A stretch of DNA of 64,000 bases from the human T2T-CHM13v2.0 reference genome, Homo sapiens: NCBI RefSeq assembly GCF_009914755.1, contig NC_060929.1; one strand, written 5' to 3'. Numbering within the stretch: position 1 is the first letter of the stretch; each line of letters begins with the position of its first letter. The notes beneath the pieces were generated by a model. That model was not told the origin of the DNA. It did no database searches and saw only the letters and a program-made list of their open reading frames with translations. A program made the position numbers and the translations under genes. This document shows positions 43,271 through 58,018 of the stretch, one piece after another.

Positions 43271-45019
43271 GTAAGCAGTTCTAAAATTCAAGTTGGCTGT
43301 ATTGAATCACTTTGATTTGTTAGCTTGATTGCACACCAGCAATATTGGGACAGTAATATCCTGAATGTGATATTTTCATTGCTATAGCTCTGTCATTTAG
43401 AAATAGTGATTTACGGGAGCCTCATTTTTCAATGAATGCAATCTTCATTGTGTTCTGGAACTATTATTTCTTGTTCAAGTAATGTAGCCCTGATCTCTAG
43501 GAGAAAAACTAGGCTTTTAAAACCTTGTGTTCATTTTGGGGTTTAAGGTACCTTTGGGTCAATTCTCAGTCTCTATCTTAAGGCTTTCATAGTTTGGAGG
43601 AAGAAGTCTCTTGATTTAGCTGGGCAGAAGGAAGTCCTATCTCCAGAGCAGTAGTAGTACTTTCAGCTTGTTTCTATTTTTCAGCTTGTTTCTATTTCAG
43701 CTTGCACATTTCATTCTAGAATTTTGAAGTTGTTAACTTATAATTTACAATCAGTTATACTACTAAGTCTGTTCTATGAGGAGAGTTGACACATACTTAC
43801 CCAAACATCATTACTCTCAAATAAGCCTTTTAAATTTGTGGCCTTTGCATATACTAGTCTATGTATTAGTAGTTATATATTTTTGTAAGTTAGAATATTT
43901 CGCTGTAGTTGAGAAGAACGAATATAACTGTTATGAGAACCATGTGTGATACAACCACTGACTTTTCTGGATGTACTTTCTCATTTAGTTAGCATTATAG
44001 GGAATGACCTGATAGATAAATTAGAAATACTGAAGCATACCCTTTTACCAAAATATATTTTATTTTAGGTTTTTTTCTTTTAATGACAAACTTTACAAAG
44101 TAGTACTGTTTTCTCCGTGTTTTCTAACATATTCAAATCTTTTCTTGTTAGTTTAGGGCTCTCATTCTGAACCTCAGCTATAAAGTGCTGTTATGCAGAG
44201 ATGTCTGTAAATCTATTGATGAGGATAAAGTTGTTTGTCTTCCTTGTTCTCAGTCATAATTTTACTAGTCACTTCAGTTTTTCCCTTTTAATTTGTATTC
44301 TATTATAAACTTATTAGAATTATTTAAAAATGAAAGTATCTGACTCAAGTGGAATTTAGAGGCTCTTATTGTTTAATGAAGAGAATATGCATTTTGTGAC
44401 CTCCTTTAGTGAATTTCTTTTTCTTCTGGCTCATAGCTTTGTTTTGAAGAGTTGAAATCACTGTGTAAATGACCTTTGATTTGTGGAGTGTTATTCCACC
44501 TGTAGTATCTCTTAGAGCTATAAATTGCCTGCCTGCCCATAACTTTCTCTTTCCTCTTCTATTTGAAAAAGTGATGATCATATAAATTAACATTCTTAAA
44601 TTTCTAAGAGGTTGTTCATTCATTTATTCACTTATTTATTTAAGGAACTTTTAATCAATGTTGACTGCTATGTGTTATAGTAGGTATTAGGGAGACAGAA
44701 TTGAATAAAATGACTTTTTTTCCTTGAGGACATCAGATTAACAAATGGAGTATCTTAAGGTTAAAGAGTGAAAACATTGTCCCATATCTTTCCTCTAAAT
44801 CGGTAGTGAGGTGTAGAGGTTTGATCAATTTCAATTATTTTTTCTTCCATTGGGAAGATCAAAAGTTGTCTTTCTTTTTGGAATGTTAGCAGTCATTGAT
44901 GATCCTTGCCTAGTCCATTAATTTACTAAGAGTTGTGTAATGGTTATAATTTAGTTGTCATTTCTTATTCATTTATTAGCTAGATTACTTTTTAAGAGAA
45001 AATCCCCCTCACCAATTAG

Positions 45020-45606
45020 AATTTATTCTCATTATTCATAGATTCCATATTTGTAAATTTACTTGCTTGCTAAAATTTATTTGTAACCCTAAACTCAGTA
45101 ATCCCAGTCATTCACAGACACGTACATACACAGAGTGGCAAAAATTTTGAGTCACCCAATGTGCGTGTTCCCAGTTGACGTTGAATAAAGTGATTCTCTG
45201 CTTTCTGAAGAAGAGTTTGCTTTTTGCAAGCTATTTATTAACTTTTTCCTGGTGATTTCACTGTTTAAAATGGCCCCCAAGCTTAGGGCTGATGTGCTGC
45301 TGCCTAGTGGTCCTAAGTGCAAGAGAGGTGTGATAAGCCTTATGGAAAAAATTCATGTGTTAAATAAACTGAGTTCAGGCATGAGTATAATGCTGTTGGC
45401 TATTAGTGCAATGTTAATGAATCAGAGATGTGTATTAAATAAGGTGTCTTGAAAGAGAAACATACAAAAAACAAAGTTACGTATTGATTGGTTGATGAAA
45501 ATCTTGTGACCAGAGGCTGGCGGAACATAACTCTGTATTTATCCTGGAAGCAGTGGTTCAGTATTTGCAGTGACTTTATAAAACATAACTGCTAATAAAT
45601 CAGCTG
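45020..45606 (+). mobile_element. TcMar-Tigger relic (MER82-like)
   Basis: GCTAAAATTTATTTGTAACCC..AAAATGGCCCCCAAGC; the 45252 ORF resembles a pogo/Tigger transposase N-terminus. Confidence 0.8.
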
Positions 45607-46090
45607 TTTTTTTGGTTTTCCTGAGATGAAAGAACATTCTTTTAAATCAGTATTAAAAATGTACTACAGAAAGTTGTGGGTAATGGAAGTAGATAGATCA
45701 TTAAGAGTCCTGATGAGATCTTTTTGGGGGCAAGTTGTTCATCACTGTATTTCTAGCACCTAGACCTGTACCTGTGTCTGGTGCATGGTAAGTACTCAGT
45801 AAATATTTGTTGAATGAAAATAAGCATCCCAAAATTTCCTTGATGGCTTGCAGTTTAAATTTTATGGCATTGTTAGGATTAGGGTTTGCAGTGAAATTTC
45901 TGATTTTAGATAGTAAGATGACCTGCTCACGGAGGTTGGTATGGTGAATATTTCGGTAATAAAAATTTAGCATGACCTCGTCTTGAGTTTTGATTCCTGT
46001 CATTCTTAAAGATGAAGGTGCTCTTTGCTTTTCTGGGTTTAGGTACAGTAAATGCTTAGGAGGGTGTGCATTTTCAAATTAGATATTTCT

Positions 46091-46332
46091 GCTGGGTGTG
46101 GTGGCTCATACTTACATGAGCACTTTGGGAGACCAAGGCAGGCAGATTGCATGAGCTCAGAAGTTTGAGACCAGCCTGGGCAACATGGCAAAACCCTGTC
46201 TCTACAAAAAATACAAAAATTAGCCTCGTGTAGTGGCATGCACCTGTAGTCCCAGCTATTTTGAGATGTGTTCGGGCCACTGCACTCCAGCCTGGGTGAC
46301 AAAGTGAGACCCTGTCTCAAAAAAAAAAAAAA
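46091..46332 (+). mobile_element. AluJ-like element with internal right-arm deletion
   Basis: Sequence jumps from CCCAGCTA to GCCACTGCACTCCAGCC. Confidence 0.88.
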
Positions 46333-49300
46333 TCATAAATTAAATATTTCCTCCCCTTCCAACTATTGAGACATATGGGCTATGATAAAGGGTATTACAA
46401 ATGGGAGTGTAAATTCACTTGTGAAATTGAGAATAGAAGGCATAAAAAGACATTTTGAGGACCTATGAAACGGTCGTATTGTAGTTACTGGAGAACAGTG
46501 AGAGCTGAATAATTAGACTATTAATTTAATTAGACTTCCAGTAATATTTATACCTAGGAAATTTAGATTTTAATAAGGTTTCTCATTTAATAATTTATTT
46601 AATTGTAACTGATTATAATATAGTATGTTTTGATGATACTCCTGTGCCATAATACAGTAGCTTTTAAACTGTAGAAATGCTTTTTGATTACTGACCCAAT
46701 GATACATGTACATTCATTTAAAGCCTACAAATCTTGTTAAACATGATTTATCCTTATTACATATGTACTTTCCATTTTCTTTCCTGTTTGGTACTATTTT
46801 ATTAAAAAAACTGTTGTCTGAGACCCATTAAATTGATTAAGTGGCCCATTAATGGGCCCTGATCCACAGTTTGGAGAACATTGTTTAAACAAAACTGGGT
46901 GGTAATTTTTAAAAGCTAGAAATTCCTGGGTCTTAATAGGAATGTACAAAGATATCACTGAAATCAAGTTTCAAAACTGTAAAGTGTTGTAGATGATAGT
47001 TACTAAATCTTTCTGGGATAAAAAAAGTTTCTGTAGTATGTAATTTTAGAAATTGATATCCATTTTTGACATTACAGTTAATGATTTAGCTTTTAAAAAT
47101 AAGTGTTTATTCTTTTCTTAGACAACCACAGTTGAGCTAATGCCAGAAACCAGTAACTGGGACACTTGCTGCTAATAGAAGCATGTGATGTAACGGCTAG
47201 CCTTCACATCACAAATATCTTTACTGATTTAAATTTTGGAGAAGGCTGAAGACATGTATTGTAATATAATTTTTATTGAGACTGAATAAAGCATTTGAAA
47301 CACTGAATGAGTCGTTTCATATACTAAATTTGGAGGTTTTCATTTGAGATAACGAAGCAGTGGGAAATCAATTCTATGACAAGTAACATTTGACTATAAA
47401 TTTTGATTTTTAAATTTCCATTTGTTGTAAATTTATACTTGTAAACAATATTGAATAACATGCTAAATATGAAAATATACCTATAGGAACTTTCAATACT
47501 TAATACCGATATGTTCTCAGACTACTTTCTCCTTAGACTTAAGTAGACTTAAGACTAAGACTTAAGACTTAGTTTGCAGTCTTAAGGAGGTCAGTTGGCT
47601 TTGTCAAGTCCTAAATTATTGGGCCATGCATATTAGAGAATCTGATTTTCTGTTCTGTGTTTTGTAGATTCATCAGTGGTCATCAAATTAGAAGTATGCC
47701 AGTGGCTGACATTTCTATTCATATAATCAGATTATGTCTAATGTTTTCTGTATTTAGCAGCTCATTTTTATCTTTATTAGTAGATATTACTATATCAAAA
47801 TTGTAATTGTTTGTGAAAGCAAATAAATTATTTATATTCATTCTCAAAGATAATTTTTAAAAGCTTTCTTTTGAAGAATTCCTTTTGAATGTAGATATTT
47901 CAATAAGTTAGTAAACTGAGAATAATTACAGATTTGAAGTTGTAAATATTTTATTACCATTTATTCACACATGTAGTTTTATGCTACATTAAATGTATAT
48001 CTGTTATTTTTAGTAGTAGATGGATTAAGGTTTCAGTTAAAGAGGCAATATCTCTTGTAAAAATAAAAATGTAGAGCAGTACAAGTAACTATGTTACAAA
48101 AAATTGTAAGCAGGGGGTATTTCTGTGAGTCTTCTCTCAGTAGTTTTTATTTTAATGGGTGCCTAATTTTTAAGTTTTCAAGATGCATTTTTCCATTCTC
48201 TTCCTGTAATTTTTGAATCTAAAGCTTCTGTGAGGGAAATTTTCAGTTTTTACCATTGACTGCATCTGCAGGTATAATACAATATTAAGATTACTCTTAA
48301 TTTTTAAGAATATTTAGGTATTTTTAGCAACTGGTGTAATAGTAAGGTATTTTTAGCAACGGGTATAATTTTAATGTACACTCTGAATTTTGTAGCTAAT
48401 TCTATTTCTAATCATATTTTTGTTTTTGCCTGACTACTATAAAGTGCAAAAATACATTTGCTTTGAATGGGTACTGAAACTCATGGTATATTAGTATTAC
48501 ATAGTTTTATTTCTAAGATCATTTTACTTCTCTGCTGATTTTTTTATGTAAATCTTTTCTTCATCCTTTTTGTAGTGCATGTATTACAAACTGCCCTAAA
48601 TAATTTTTTATAACAAGGTTGGCTTTTAAATAAAGTGCTGATATTACTTAAGTTTTTAGGATAGATTGCTTCTAAGAATATATTTATAAAGCAATTCAGT
48701 GAGAAAATAACAGTATTCTTTTCAGTGGTTCTTAACTTTTTTTTAAGATCACATAATCTTTTGATATCAAACCTGTTGAAAACTGTGGTTTTCTCTTTAG
48801 AAAATTCTCAGGAAGTGTATGGATTTCATGTTAAGAACTCCACAGCTGTCTCCACTATTATTGATGGCGTCTGTTTTCATTAAAAGTAAGCAAACAAAAG
48901 CAAAAACTGATTTGTAGAGGCACTTAATACTTTGTACTGTTAAATTTTTTGAAATATTCTTCTCAAATTTCACAGTGTTTTTTAGTTATCTTTAGGATGC
49001 AAGTTACTCGTTTGTTGATAGTAGAATTAATAGGTCTATTAAATTAATGCCCGTATGTGGAAAAGAAATATAAGCAATAGTCTCTTGCCCTTTATTTCTA
49101 GTCTTTGAATTTTTCAGTAGATAGAACCAGTTTTAGTTATTTTAGTTTTAAATGCTTCAGGTGGTTACTTTTATGAATTCTAAATAATAAGCATACACTT
49201 TTCTCTTTGATACTATGTCAAATTTTTGTATTATCTTTTAATTCTCCACTAAGGATGAAATTTAACTCACATACTCCCAGTTTCCCTTCTGTCTTTAAAT

Positions 49301-50699
49301 TTTTGGGTAGTTATTAAGTTTACTTAATCTATTACTTACCATTGACACTTTAAATAATGTTCTTACATCTCTATTTCTTGTTTTAGTAAATTTTTAGGTT
49401 ATCTCTTAACTCTGTACTTTGCAGGATGTGGATATTCTTGCCCCGTCCTTCCTTTTACCTTACCTATTTCCCATTAACAGCTGAGCTTCTGTCAGTTTCA
49501 ATTGTAGTATTATTTTAACACTGTCAAGGTTGGTTAAATTTATATTTTTACAGGACTTTTATCTTGCATTTTTTCTTTTTGCTAAGATTGAATTTAAAAG
49601 TTGAAAATCAGTTATCTATCGTACGGTATTATGACAAGCTTTTGAATCAAGTAGTATGATAGAGTTGCTTTTCTTTCCTTCTTAACCTTCTGAGGTCCCT
49701 TTTGGCCCCAGCTTAGGAAAATTTTCTTTTATGATTTCTTTTTCTTAATTTTCTCTGTCCTCCCTATTAATTTTTATTATTAGTTGGAAGTTGGAGGTAT
49801 TGGATTGTTTCCGTCTTTTTTTCTTTATTTTTTAATGTCTTTATATTTTTGTTTTAAATATTAGGATTATTCCCCCACTTTGTTCTTGTTTATTCCATTT
49901 AATGCAGCATTATTTTCTTATATATTTATGTGTTATTATACTTCTCAAAAGCCCTTGGGGGCTAATTGTTTCAATTTTTGCTGCTGTTTTTAAAGTAAGT
50001 TCTCTTCTGTTCTTCATATGATCTGCTTCCCCCAGAGGTTTTTTCTTTTTTTTATTTTTTATTTTTTGGAAGAGGGTGTTTTTCATATTGTTAGCTTTCC
50101 TGATGTATCTAGTGGTGCTTGATTGTCAGTTTATATTTGTGATTGAGGGACTAGGCTAATATTTCTGGGTAAATGCTTTAGGTTTCTTTTGCTGTTCTGT
50201 TTTCTCTGCTGTTTTTTTTCTTCATAAAATTCTTGGGATCCTGTGCACGGATGGGGTTTATTGACTAGAAATGTTTAGAGATAGAAAGAACTCATTTATT
50301 CATCTACAGTATGTATTAACTGTCCTAGGTGTCAGGCAGTGTGCTAGGTTCAGGGATCATAAAGTTACGTATACTAGAGCCCTTGTCATCAAATACGACA
50401 GGCAATTATAAAACTGCATATTATATAAGAATACCCTTAGAAATTTCCAAGTCTAATCCTTCTATTTTATAATTATTAAAATGAGCTTAGACAGATTAAG
50501 TGTCTTGCTCAATGCTGTACAACTACATAGGAGCTAAATGGGATTCTAGGACTACTTTTGTTTAATTCTATGTTCTTTATAATATAAAGAGGTCTGGAAG
50601 CAGCTATCAAGGATTCCAAGACCTGGGAGAATTGGTGTGTTGGAGCAGGATACAAAGCTTGGGACTTAGGTATAAGAGAAGGTTATGCTACCTTATATA

Positions 50700-51116
50700 A
50701 TACTCAGTCTTAGAAAATCAGAGCTAGAGATTTTTCTTGAGGGCTTGAAGAAATAAGCGGCCATTTTGGAGAAGCCCACATGGCAAACTATAGGTAGCTT
50801 CTAGAAACTCTAGGCAACCTCTAGAAACTGAGGGTGGCTTCCATCTGACAGCCAGCAAAAAGCTGGGGCTCTCAGTTATACACTGCAAGCATATGAATTC
50901 TGCCCACAGTCTGAAGGAGCTTGGAAGAGGATTTTTTCCCCACTTGAACCTCCAGATGAGAAAGTGTCTAGCCAATACCTTGAATACAGCCTGAGTAGAT
51001 CACTTAGCTAAGCTGTGCCCAGGCTTTGATCCACAGAGACTGCGAGATAATGTTTGTGTTGTTTTAAACCTCTAAGATTTTAATAAGTTGTAACACAGTA
51101 ATAGAAAACTAATACA
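50700..51116 (+). mobile_element. MaLR LTR (MLT1E/F-like)
   Basis: GCCCACATGGCAA..GAGCTTGGAAGAGGATT..ATAGAAAACTAATACA. Confidence 0.8.
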
Positions 51117-51389
51117 TTTGGTCATGTCCAAGTGTGTTGTGTTGTTCAGCATAGTGCCATTGTATAATAAACACAATGCTTTCTCATCTAATTTGAGAAC
51201 GAATAACTCCATTGTGCTTTAAAAGCACGACCGTGAAAGTCCACTTTCTCTATTGGTTTTGACATGATCCATATGCATTGGTAATAAAAAATAAGTACGA
51301 TGTAGCGGTAGGTTATGTGTGTGGCACTACTGTCAAGTTATAACTGTGCCACTGCTATGATTCTCTGAGCAGCAGTGTGAAGTGATAAG

Positions 51390-51662
51390 AGCACCACATA
51401 TGGTCTCTGTCACAACTATTCAACTCTTCTCTTGTAGCGCAAAAGCATCCATAACAACATGTAAACAAATTAGCGTGGATTCCTATACCATTTTATTTAT
51501 GAAGACTAAACTTGGATTTCTTATCATTGTCGCATGTTATAAAATATTATTATTCTTATAATCCCCCACCCCCAACTATGTAAAAATGTAAAGACTATTC
51601 GTAGGTCTAAGGTTCTATAAAAATAGGCAAATAGCTTGCAGGCTGTAGTTTCATGACTCCTG
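51390..51662. mobile_element. hAT-Charlie relic (MER58B-like)
   Basis: GGTCTCTGTCACAACTATTCAACTCT..TGTAGC..GCTGTAGTTT..ACTCCTG. Confidence 0.7.
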
Positions 51663-52694
51663 GTATAGAGAAACATGTAGGCAATTCTAATACTGCTTGA
51701 TAGGTGCTATGGTAGGGAAAATACTATAACATACTAAGACTCTTACTAAGAAAATATTTTAATTAAAATTCTAATTTGTTAAAAGTATTTTTGAAAAGTA
51801 AAAAAATACATTATTACAAGTTTATGAACAGTTACCTGAATGTACTAAACTAGATGGAATAAAATAGGAAATGGCTTAGTTTCTCCCTAACCACTGTTGT
51901 CATCTACATCTTTTATTATTTTCACTTCTTGACTCATGAATGATATCCTAGTCCATTTTCACTGATTTCTTGTCATGTATCTTTATAAGAATAGTTCTGT
52001 TTTCTCAATGGATTGCTTTTCAGATATCAAAATGACCCGTTCAAATTTTGATGTTCAATTTTAAGCTAACTCATCACTTCTTTCTGCCTCTCTCTCCCTC
52101 CTAGTTTCAGACTTGGCACTTGACTCTGGATCCTCTTTTGAGGAAGGGAAGTAGTTGTTGTTTCTTCATTCTTCTTTCTTGCATTCTCCCATTCATTAGC
52201 TGCCCCTTGCTCCTCTAGGGTTCATGTCAGGGGAAGGAATAGGAAAGGGAAAAGGCAAAAGTCCTTTATGTGCTTTTAAATGCTTTTATTGTGGAACAGT
52301 TTTGGTTCTCCAGAGGCTTCATATGGACCTCTTATGTAAAATGAACCAATCCACCTACACATATTTCTGTACATAAGTATTTATATGCATGCACAAGCAT
52401 TAAAAGCTTTGGAGCATACACATCAAATGAAAAGTAATGATTCTCTCTGACAAGGGCAGGTGGGATGGAAGACAAGGGGTATGGATATCCCAAGGGATAT
52501 TTTTACTTCATTGTAATACTGGAATTCTTATTACATGTAGCATACTTTTTTTGATATTTGATTAATTAAACATAAATAAAAAGCTATATATTTAAAATAA
52601 CATGAAAATTTGCCAAAAGAAAATTATTTCCTTCTAAATTGAAAAAATATGAAGGGCTTTTTTTTTTTTTTTAAAAAAAAAAGCTTCTTAAAGC

Positions 52695-52945
52695 TAGATA
52701 GGAGGAATTAGTTCTAGTTTTCCATACCACTGTAGGGGGACTATAGTTAACAGTAATGCATAGTTTCAAATAGCTAGAAGGAGTATATTGAATGTTCCCA
52801 ACACAAATAAATCATAAATGTTTGAGATGATGCCTATGCTAATTACTCTGATGTGATCACTATATAGTATGTGTATTGAAACATCACCATGTACCCCATA
52901 AATATGTACAATTATATGTCAAATAAAACTTCTAAAATAAAATAT
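52695..52945 (+). mobile_element. L1MA 3' end fragment
   Basis: AATAGCTAGAAG..TTCCCAACACAAA..CCATGTACCCCATAAATATGTACAATTAT. Confidence 0.85.
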
Positions 52946-52984
52946 TAAGTTCATTAATTGTTAAAAAAGTGGCATTAGAAGAAG

Positions 52985-53810
52985 AAATAATCCTATTAGT
53001 GGGCAAAGGACATGAATAGACATTTTTCAAAAGAAGATACACACATGGCCAATGGCATAATAAAAAATATTCAGCATCACAAATCATCAGGGAAATGCAA
53101 ATTAAAACCACAATGAGATATCATCTTTCTTCAATCATAATGACTGTTACTAAAAAGACAAAAAATCACAGATGTTGGCGAGGATACAGAGAAAAGGGAA
53201 CTCCTATACACTGTTGGTGGGAATGTAAATTAGTACAACCTATATGGAAAACAGTATGGAGACTTCTCAAATAACTGAAAATAGAACTACCACTGGATCC
53301 AGCAATCTCACTACTGGGTATCTACCCAAAGGAAGAGAAATCCACATGTCAAAAAGATGCTTGCACTCCTACATTTATGGCAGCACTGTTCACAATAGCA
53401 AAGATATAGAATCAACCTAAGTGCCCATCAAAGGATGAATGTGTAAAGAAAATGTAGTATATATACATAATAGAATACTATTCAGCCATAAGAAAGAGTG
53501 AATCATGTCTTTTGCAGCAACATGGATAGAACTGGAGGTCATTATCTTAAGCTAGGAACAGAAAGTCAGATATCACATGTTCTCACTTCTAAGTGGGTAC
53601 TAAAAATGTTTATACATGGACTTAGAGAGTGGAATGATAGACAGTGGAGACTTGGAAGGGTGAGGGGGTGGGAGGGAGTGGGATGATGAGAAACTAATTA
53701 GTGGGCACAATGTACATGTTTTGGGTGATGGTAAAAGCCCTGAGGTTGACCATATGCAATCTATGTATGTAACAAAATTGTATATGTACCCCATAGATTT
53801 GTACAAAACG
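52985..53810 (+). mobile_element. L1 (L1PB/L1MA-like) ORF2 end and 3'UTR
   Basis: GGGCAAAGGACATGAATAGACATTT..CAACCTAAGTGCCCATCA..TGTAACAAAATTG. Confidence 0.9.
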
Positions 53811-53909
53811 TAGCATAAAAGCTAAGTTTTATAGTAATGGTGTGCTGGGGAAAACATACATGTTGAGATGAAACACGCAGTTTTTTATGTGTGTATGGGG
53901 GCAGTTGTT

Positions 53910-55230
53910 TTTAAAAATCATATTTTGAGATGCAATTTACATACAATGCATAGATTTTAAATATAGTTTGATGAGTTTTGGCAAATGTATGTATCCATGT
54001 ATTTCCTCCCAATTAAGATATAGAACATTTCTTTCCTGCAGAAAGTTTCCTCATGACATTTTACAGTCAAATTTCCTACCACCCTACTTAACCGCTGATA
54101 GGATTTCTATCACCACAGCTTAGTTTTGCTGGTTCTAGAGCCAAATATAACTAGAATCATGTAATAGGTAATTGTTTATGCCTGACTTCTTTTCCTCAGT
54201 CTAATATCTGAGAAATTCACCATATTGTTGCATGTATCAGCAGTTCGTTCCTTTTTAATGCTGAGTAGTCATCTATTATATGACTATACCAATTTGTTTA
54301 TTCTTCTGTTAATGCACATTTGGATTGTTTCCAATTTTTGACTATTACTATAAGTGAGGCTGCTGTAAACATTAGTGTACAAGTCTTTTTGTAAACATAC
54401 ATTTTTATTTCCTTGGGTAAACATCTAAGAGTGGCATTGCTAGGTCATAGGATAGGTGTATATTTTACTTTATAAGAAACTGTCAACCTTTTTTCCAAAG
54501 TCATACTATTTTTTACTCCCACCAGCACTTTTTTGAGAGTTCCAGTTCTTCATTCTTACCAACACTTGATATTGTCAGTCTTTTAAATGTTAGCTATTTT
54601 AATGGGTGTGAAATGGTATTTCATTATGGTTTTAATTTATGTTTGCATGACAAGTAATGATACTGAGCAGTGCTTCATATGCTTTGTGGCAATTTGTATA
54701 TATTCTTTGTGAAAAGAGTCTATTCAGATCGTTTCTATATTTAAAAAAATGCAGTTGTTCAGTGAGAACACATGGACACAGGGAGGGGAATATCACACAC
54801 TGGGGCCTGTCGGGGAGTGGGGAGCTAGGAGAGGGATAGCATTAGGAGAAATACCTAATGTAGATTACGGTTTGATGGGTGCAGCATACCACCATGGCGC
54901 ATGTATACCTGTGTAACAAACCTGCACGTTCTGCACATGTATCCCAGAACTTAAAGTATAATAATTTTTTTAAAAGTTGTTTTTCTTATTGTTCAGTTGC
55001 AGCGTATTTATACACACTCATATAAAATAATTTAGCCCATTCGGAAGTGTTTGTATTTGTTTTTTAAAGCTATCATTTGATGAGAAATGATTAATTTTGA
55101 TGACTATTAAGATTTTTAATGATTAGTGATTTTAGCGTCTTCTAAGAAATTTTTACTTACCTTAAGATAGCAAAGATACCCCTCTTTATGGTTCTGGTAT
55201 TTGTATTTAGGTTTATGATCCATTTCAAAT
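53910..55230 (-). mobile_element. Old L1M 3' region, interrupted by an L1PA fragment
   Basis: Antisense L1 3'UTR and ORF2-end motifs. Confidence 0.75.
54760..54965 (+). mobile_element. L1PA 3' terminal fragment
   Basis: GAGAACACATGGACACAGGGAGGGGAA..GAACTTAAAGTATAATAA. Confidence 0.92.
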
Positions 55231-55239
55231 TATTATTTT

Positions 55240-55364
55240 TTAAAAATGCATTTTTGTAGAGACGGGGTTTTGCTTTGTTTCTCAGCCTGGCCTGGCCTCA
55301 AGCAATCCTCCAGGCTTTGCCTTCCAAAGTACTGGAGTTATAGGCATGAGCCACCACGCCTGGT
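55240..55364 (-). mobile_element. Alu left-arm fragment
   Basis: Reverse monomer. Confidence 0.8.
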
Positions 55365-55420
55365 TGTGGGTTGAATTTTGTCAAACGTAATCTCTTGTCT
55401 GTAGAAATGATCTCATTGGG

Positions 55421-55687
55421 CTGTAATGCCAGCACTTTGAGAGGCTGAGGCGGGTATATTGCTTGAGCCTGGGGGTTTGAGACCAGCCTGGGCAACATGG
55501 CAAACCTTGACTGTACAAAAAAATAAATTAGCTGAGTGTGGTGGTGTGTGTCTGTGGTCTCAGCTACTCGGGAGGCTGGGGTGGGAAAATCACCAGAGCC
55601 TGAGCAAGTCAAGGCTGCAGTGAGCTGTGATTGTGTTAATGCACTCCAGCCTGGGTGAAAGAGCAGATTAAAAAAAAAAAAAAAAAA
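55421..55687 (+). mobile_element. AluJ-like element, 5'-truncated
   Basis: CTGTAATGCCAGCACTTTG start through poly-A. Confidence 0.88.
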
Positions 55688-56865
55688 GATTATCCCTGTG
55701 GGTTTTCTTTTTTCTGTTAGTTTGGTAGTGCATTGATTTCAAATGTTAAGTCAGTGGTACATTTCTAGTATTAAACTCTGTTTGATTATTATTTGTTAAA
55801 CTTTCTACATATTTGCTTATGTTGTGAAGAATTTTTGTATCTATGCTCATGAGAAATGCAGGTTTAATTTTCTTTGCTCGAATTGTTTTTGTCAGGCTTT
55901 TGTATTAGGATTGTGCTGATCTCACAAAGTAAATTGATTATTCCTGTGTCCTGAAAGAGCTTTAGAACAGTATTACTTTTTCCTAATATTTGATAAAATT
56001 TGCCAGTGAAATCATCTTTATGGGAATACTTTTTTTTAATAGATTAAGTTTTAAAAATAGATATGGAACTTTTGATATTTTGTTTTACCTTGTATCCCTG
56101 TGTTACATTTTTCAAGGGATTTGTCCATTTCATCTGTATTAAATTTATTGGCCTAAAGTTACTCATAGTCCTTTGTCCTTTAGTATTTATAGGATCATTT
56201 TGATATCCCTTCTTTCATTGTTCTTATTGGTAATTTGTATATTCTCTTTTGTTCTTGATCATTTTTGCTAAGAGTTAGAAATTTCGTTGACCTTTTTCAA
56301 AGAATCAGTTTTTGTCTTTATTTTTTCTGTTGTGTTCTATTTTCTGTTTTGTTGATTTTCCTCTCTGGATAATTTCTTTGGAAATTATTGACACTTTCTT
56401 CTGCTTTATCCAGTTTGCCACTGAGTGTATCTAGTGAAGTTTTTCATTTCAGATATGACAGTTTTTATTTGAGGGTCTCTTTTTTTTTCTGTTTTATTTT
56501 TCCGTTTATCAGCTGAGAATTCCTGTTTTTGCTCATTAAGACTACATTTTTTGCTCATTAAGACTATATTTTCCTATAAGTCTGTATTAGTGATAACTCT
56601 ATTGAAGTACTTCCTCAACTCTTGTCTGATTTGCTCTTTTCTCTAGCTATTTTAAGAAGAAGGTCCAGATCACCGATTAAAAACTTTCTCTAATATAGGC
56701 ATTTAAAGCTTCTAGTTTTCTGCTAAGCATTAGAATTGCAAATTAGATTTTTTTCTAATTTCTCTTGTGATTTTTTTTTCAACTCCTGAATTATTTAAAT
56801 GTGTGTTTAATTTTCAAATTTTGGGACTCTTCTAGATGCTATACAGCTGTCGATTTCTAATTTAA

Positions 56866-57159
<294 letters not shown>

Positions 57160-57550
57160 GATTTCTAATTTAATTCTATTTTGACTAAATATACTCTGTA
57201 ATATTTTAGTGACTTGAGATTTAAATTATAGCACAGCATATGATCTTTCTTGGTGAGCATTGAAAGGGAATTTTATTTTGCGGTATTTTATACATGGCAG
57301 TTAGCTCAAGGTAGTTGATGGTATTATCTAGATCTACCATATACATACTGATATTTTGTCTTATACCTTGTTGATTACTGAAATCATGCTATTAAAAAAT
57401 TTGTAACAATGATTGCCTTTTTTCTTTTTAGTTTTGTTTTGCCTCGTTTTGCTCATTCATATTTATGGTTTTTATGTCTTTCTGTTGAATTGATATTTTT
57501 ATCATTATGAAATGCACCTCTGTAAATTTGTAGATAATCCTTTGTTTTGA

Positions 57551-58018
<468 letters not shown>

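Noticed and set aside
45252-45452. ORF resembling a Tigger/pogo transposase N-terminus
   Set aside because: Short decayed remnant inside a non-autonomous MER82-like element; no catalytic domain
46843-46858. 16-bp perfect palindrome GGCCCATTAATGGGCC
   Set aside because: Short, apparently within a degraded DNA-transposon relic, no other supporting signal
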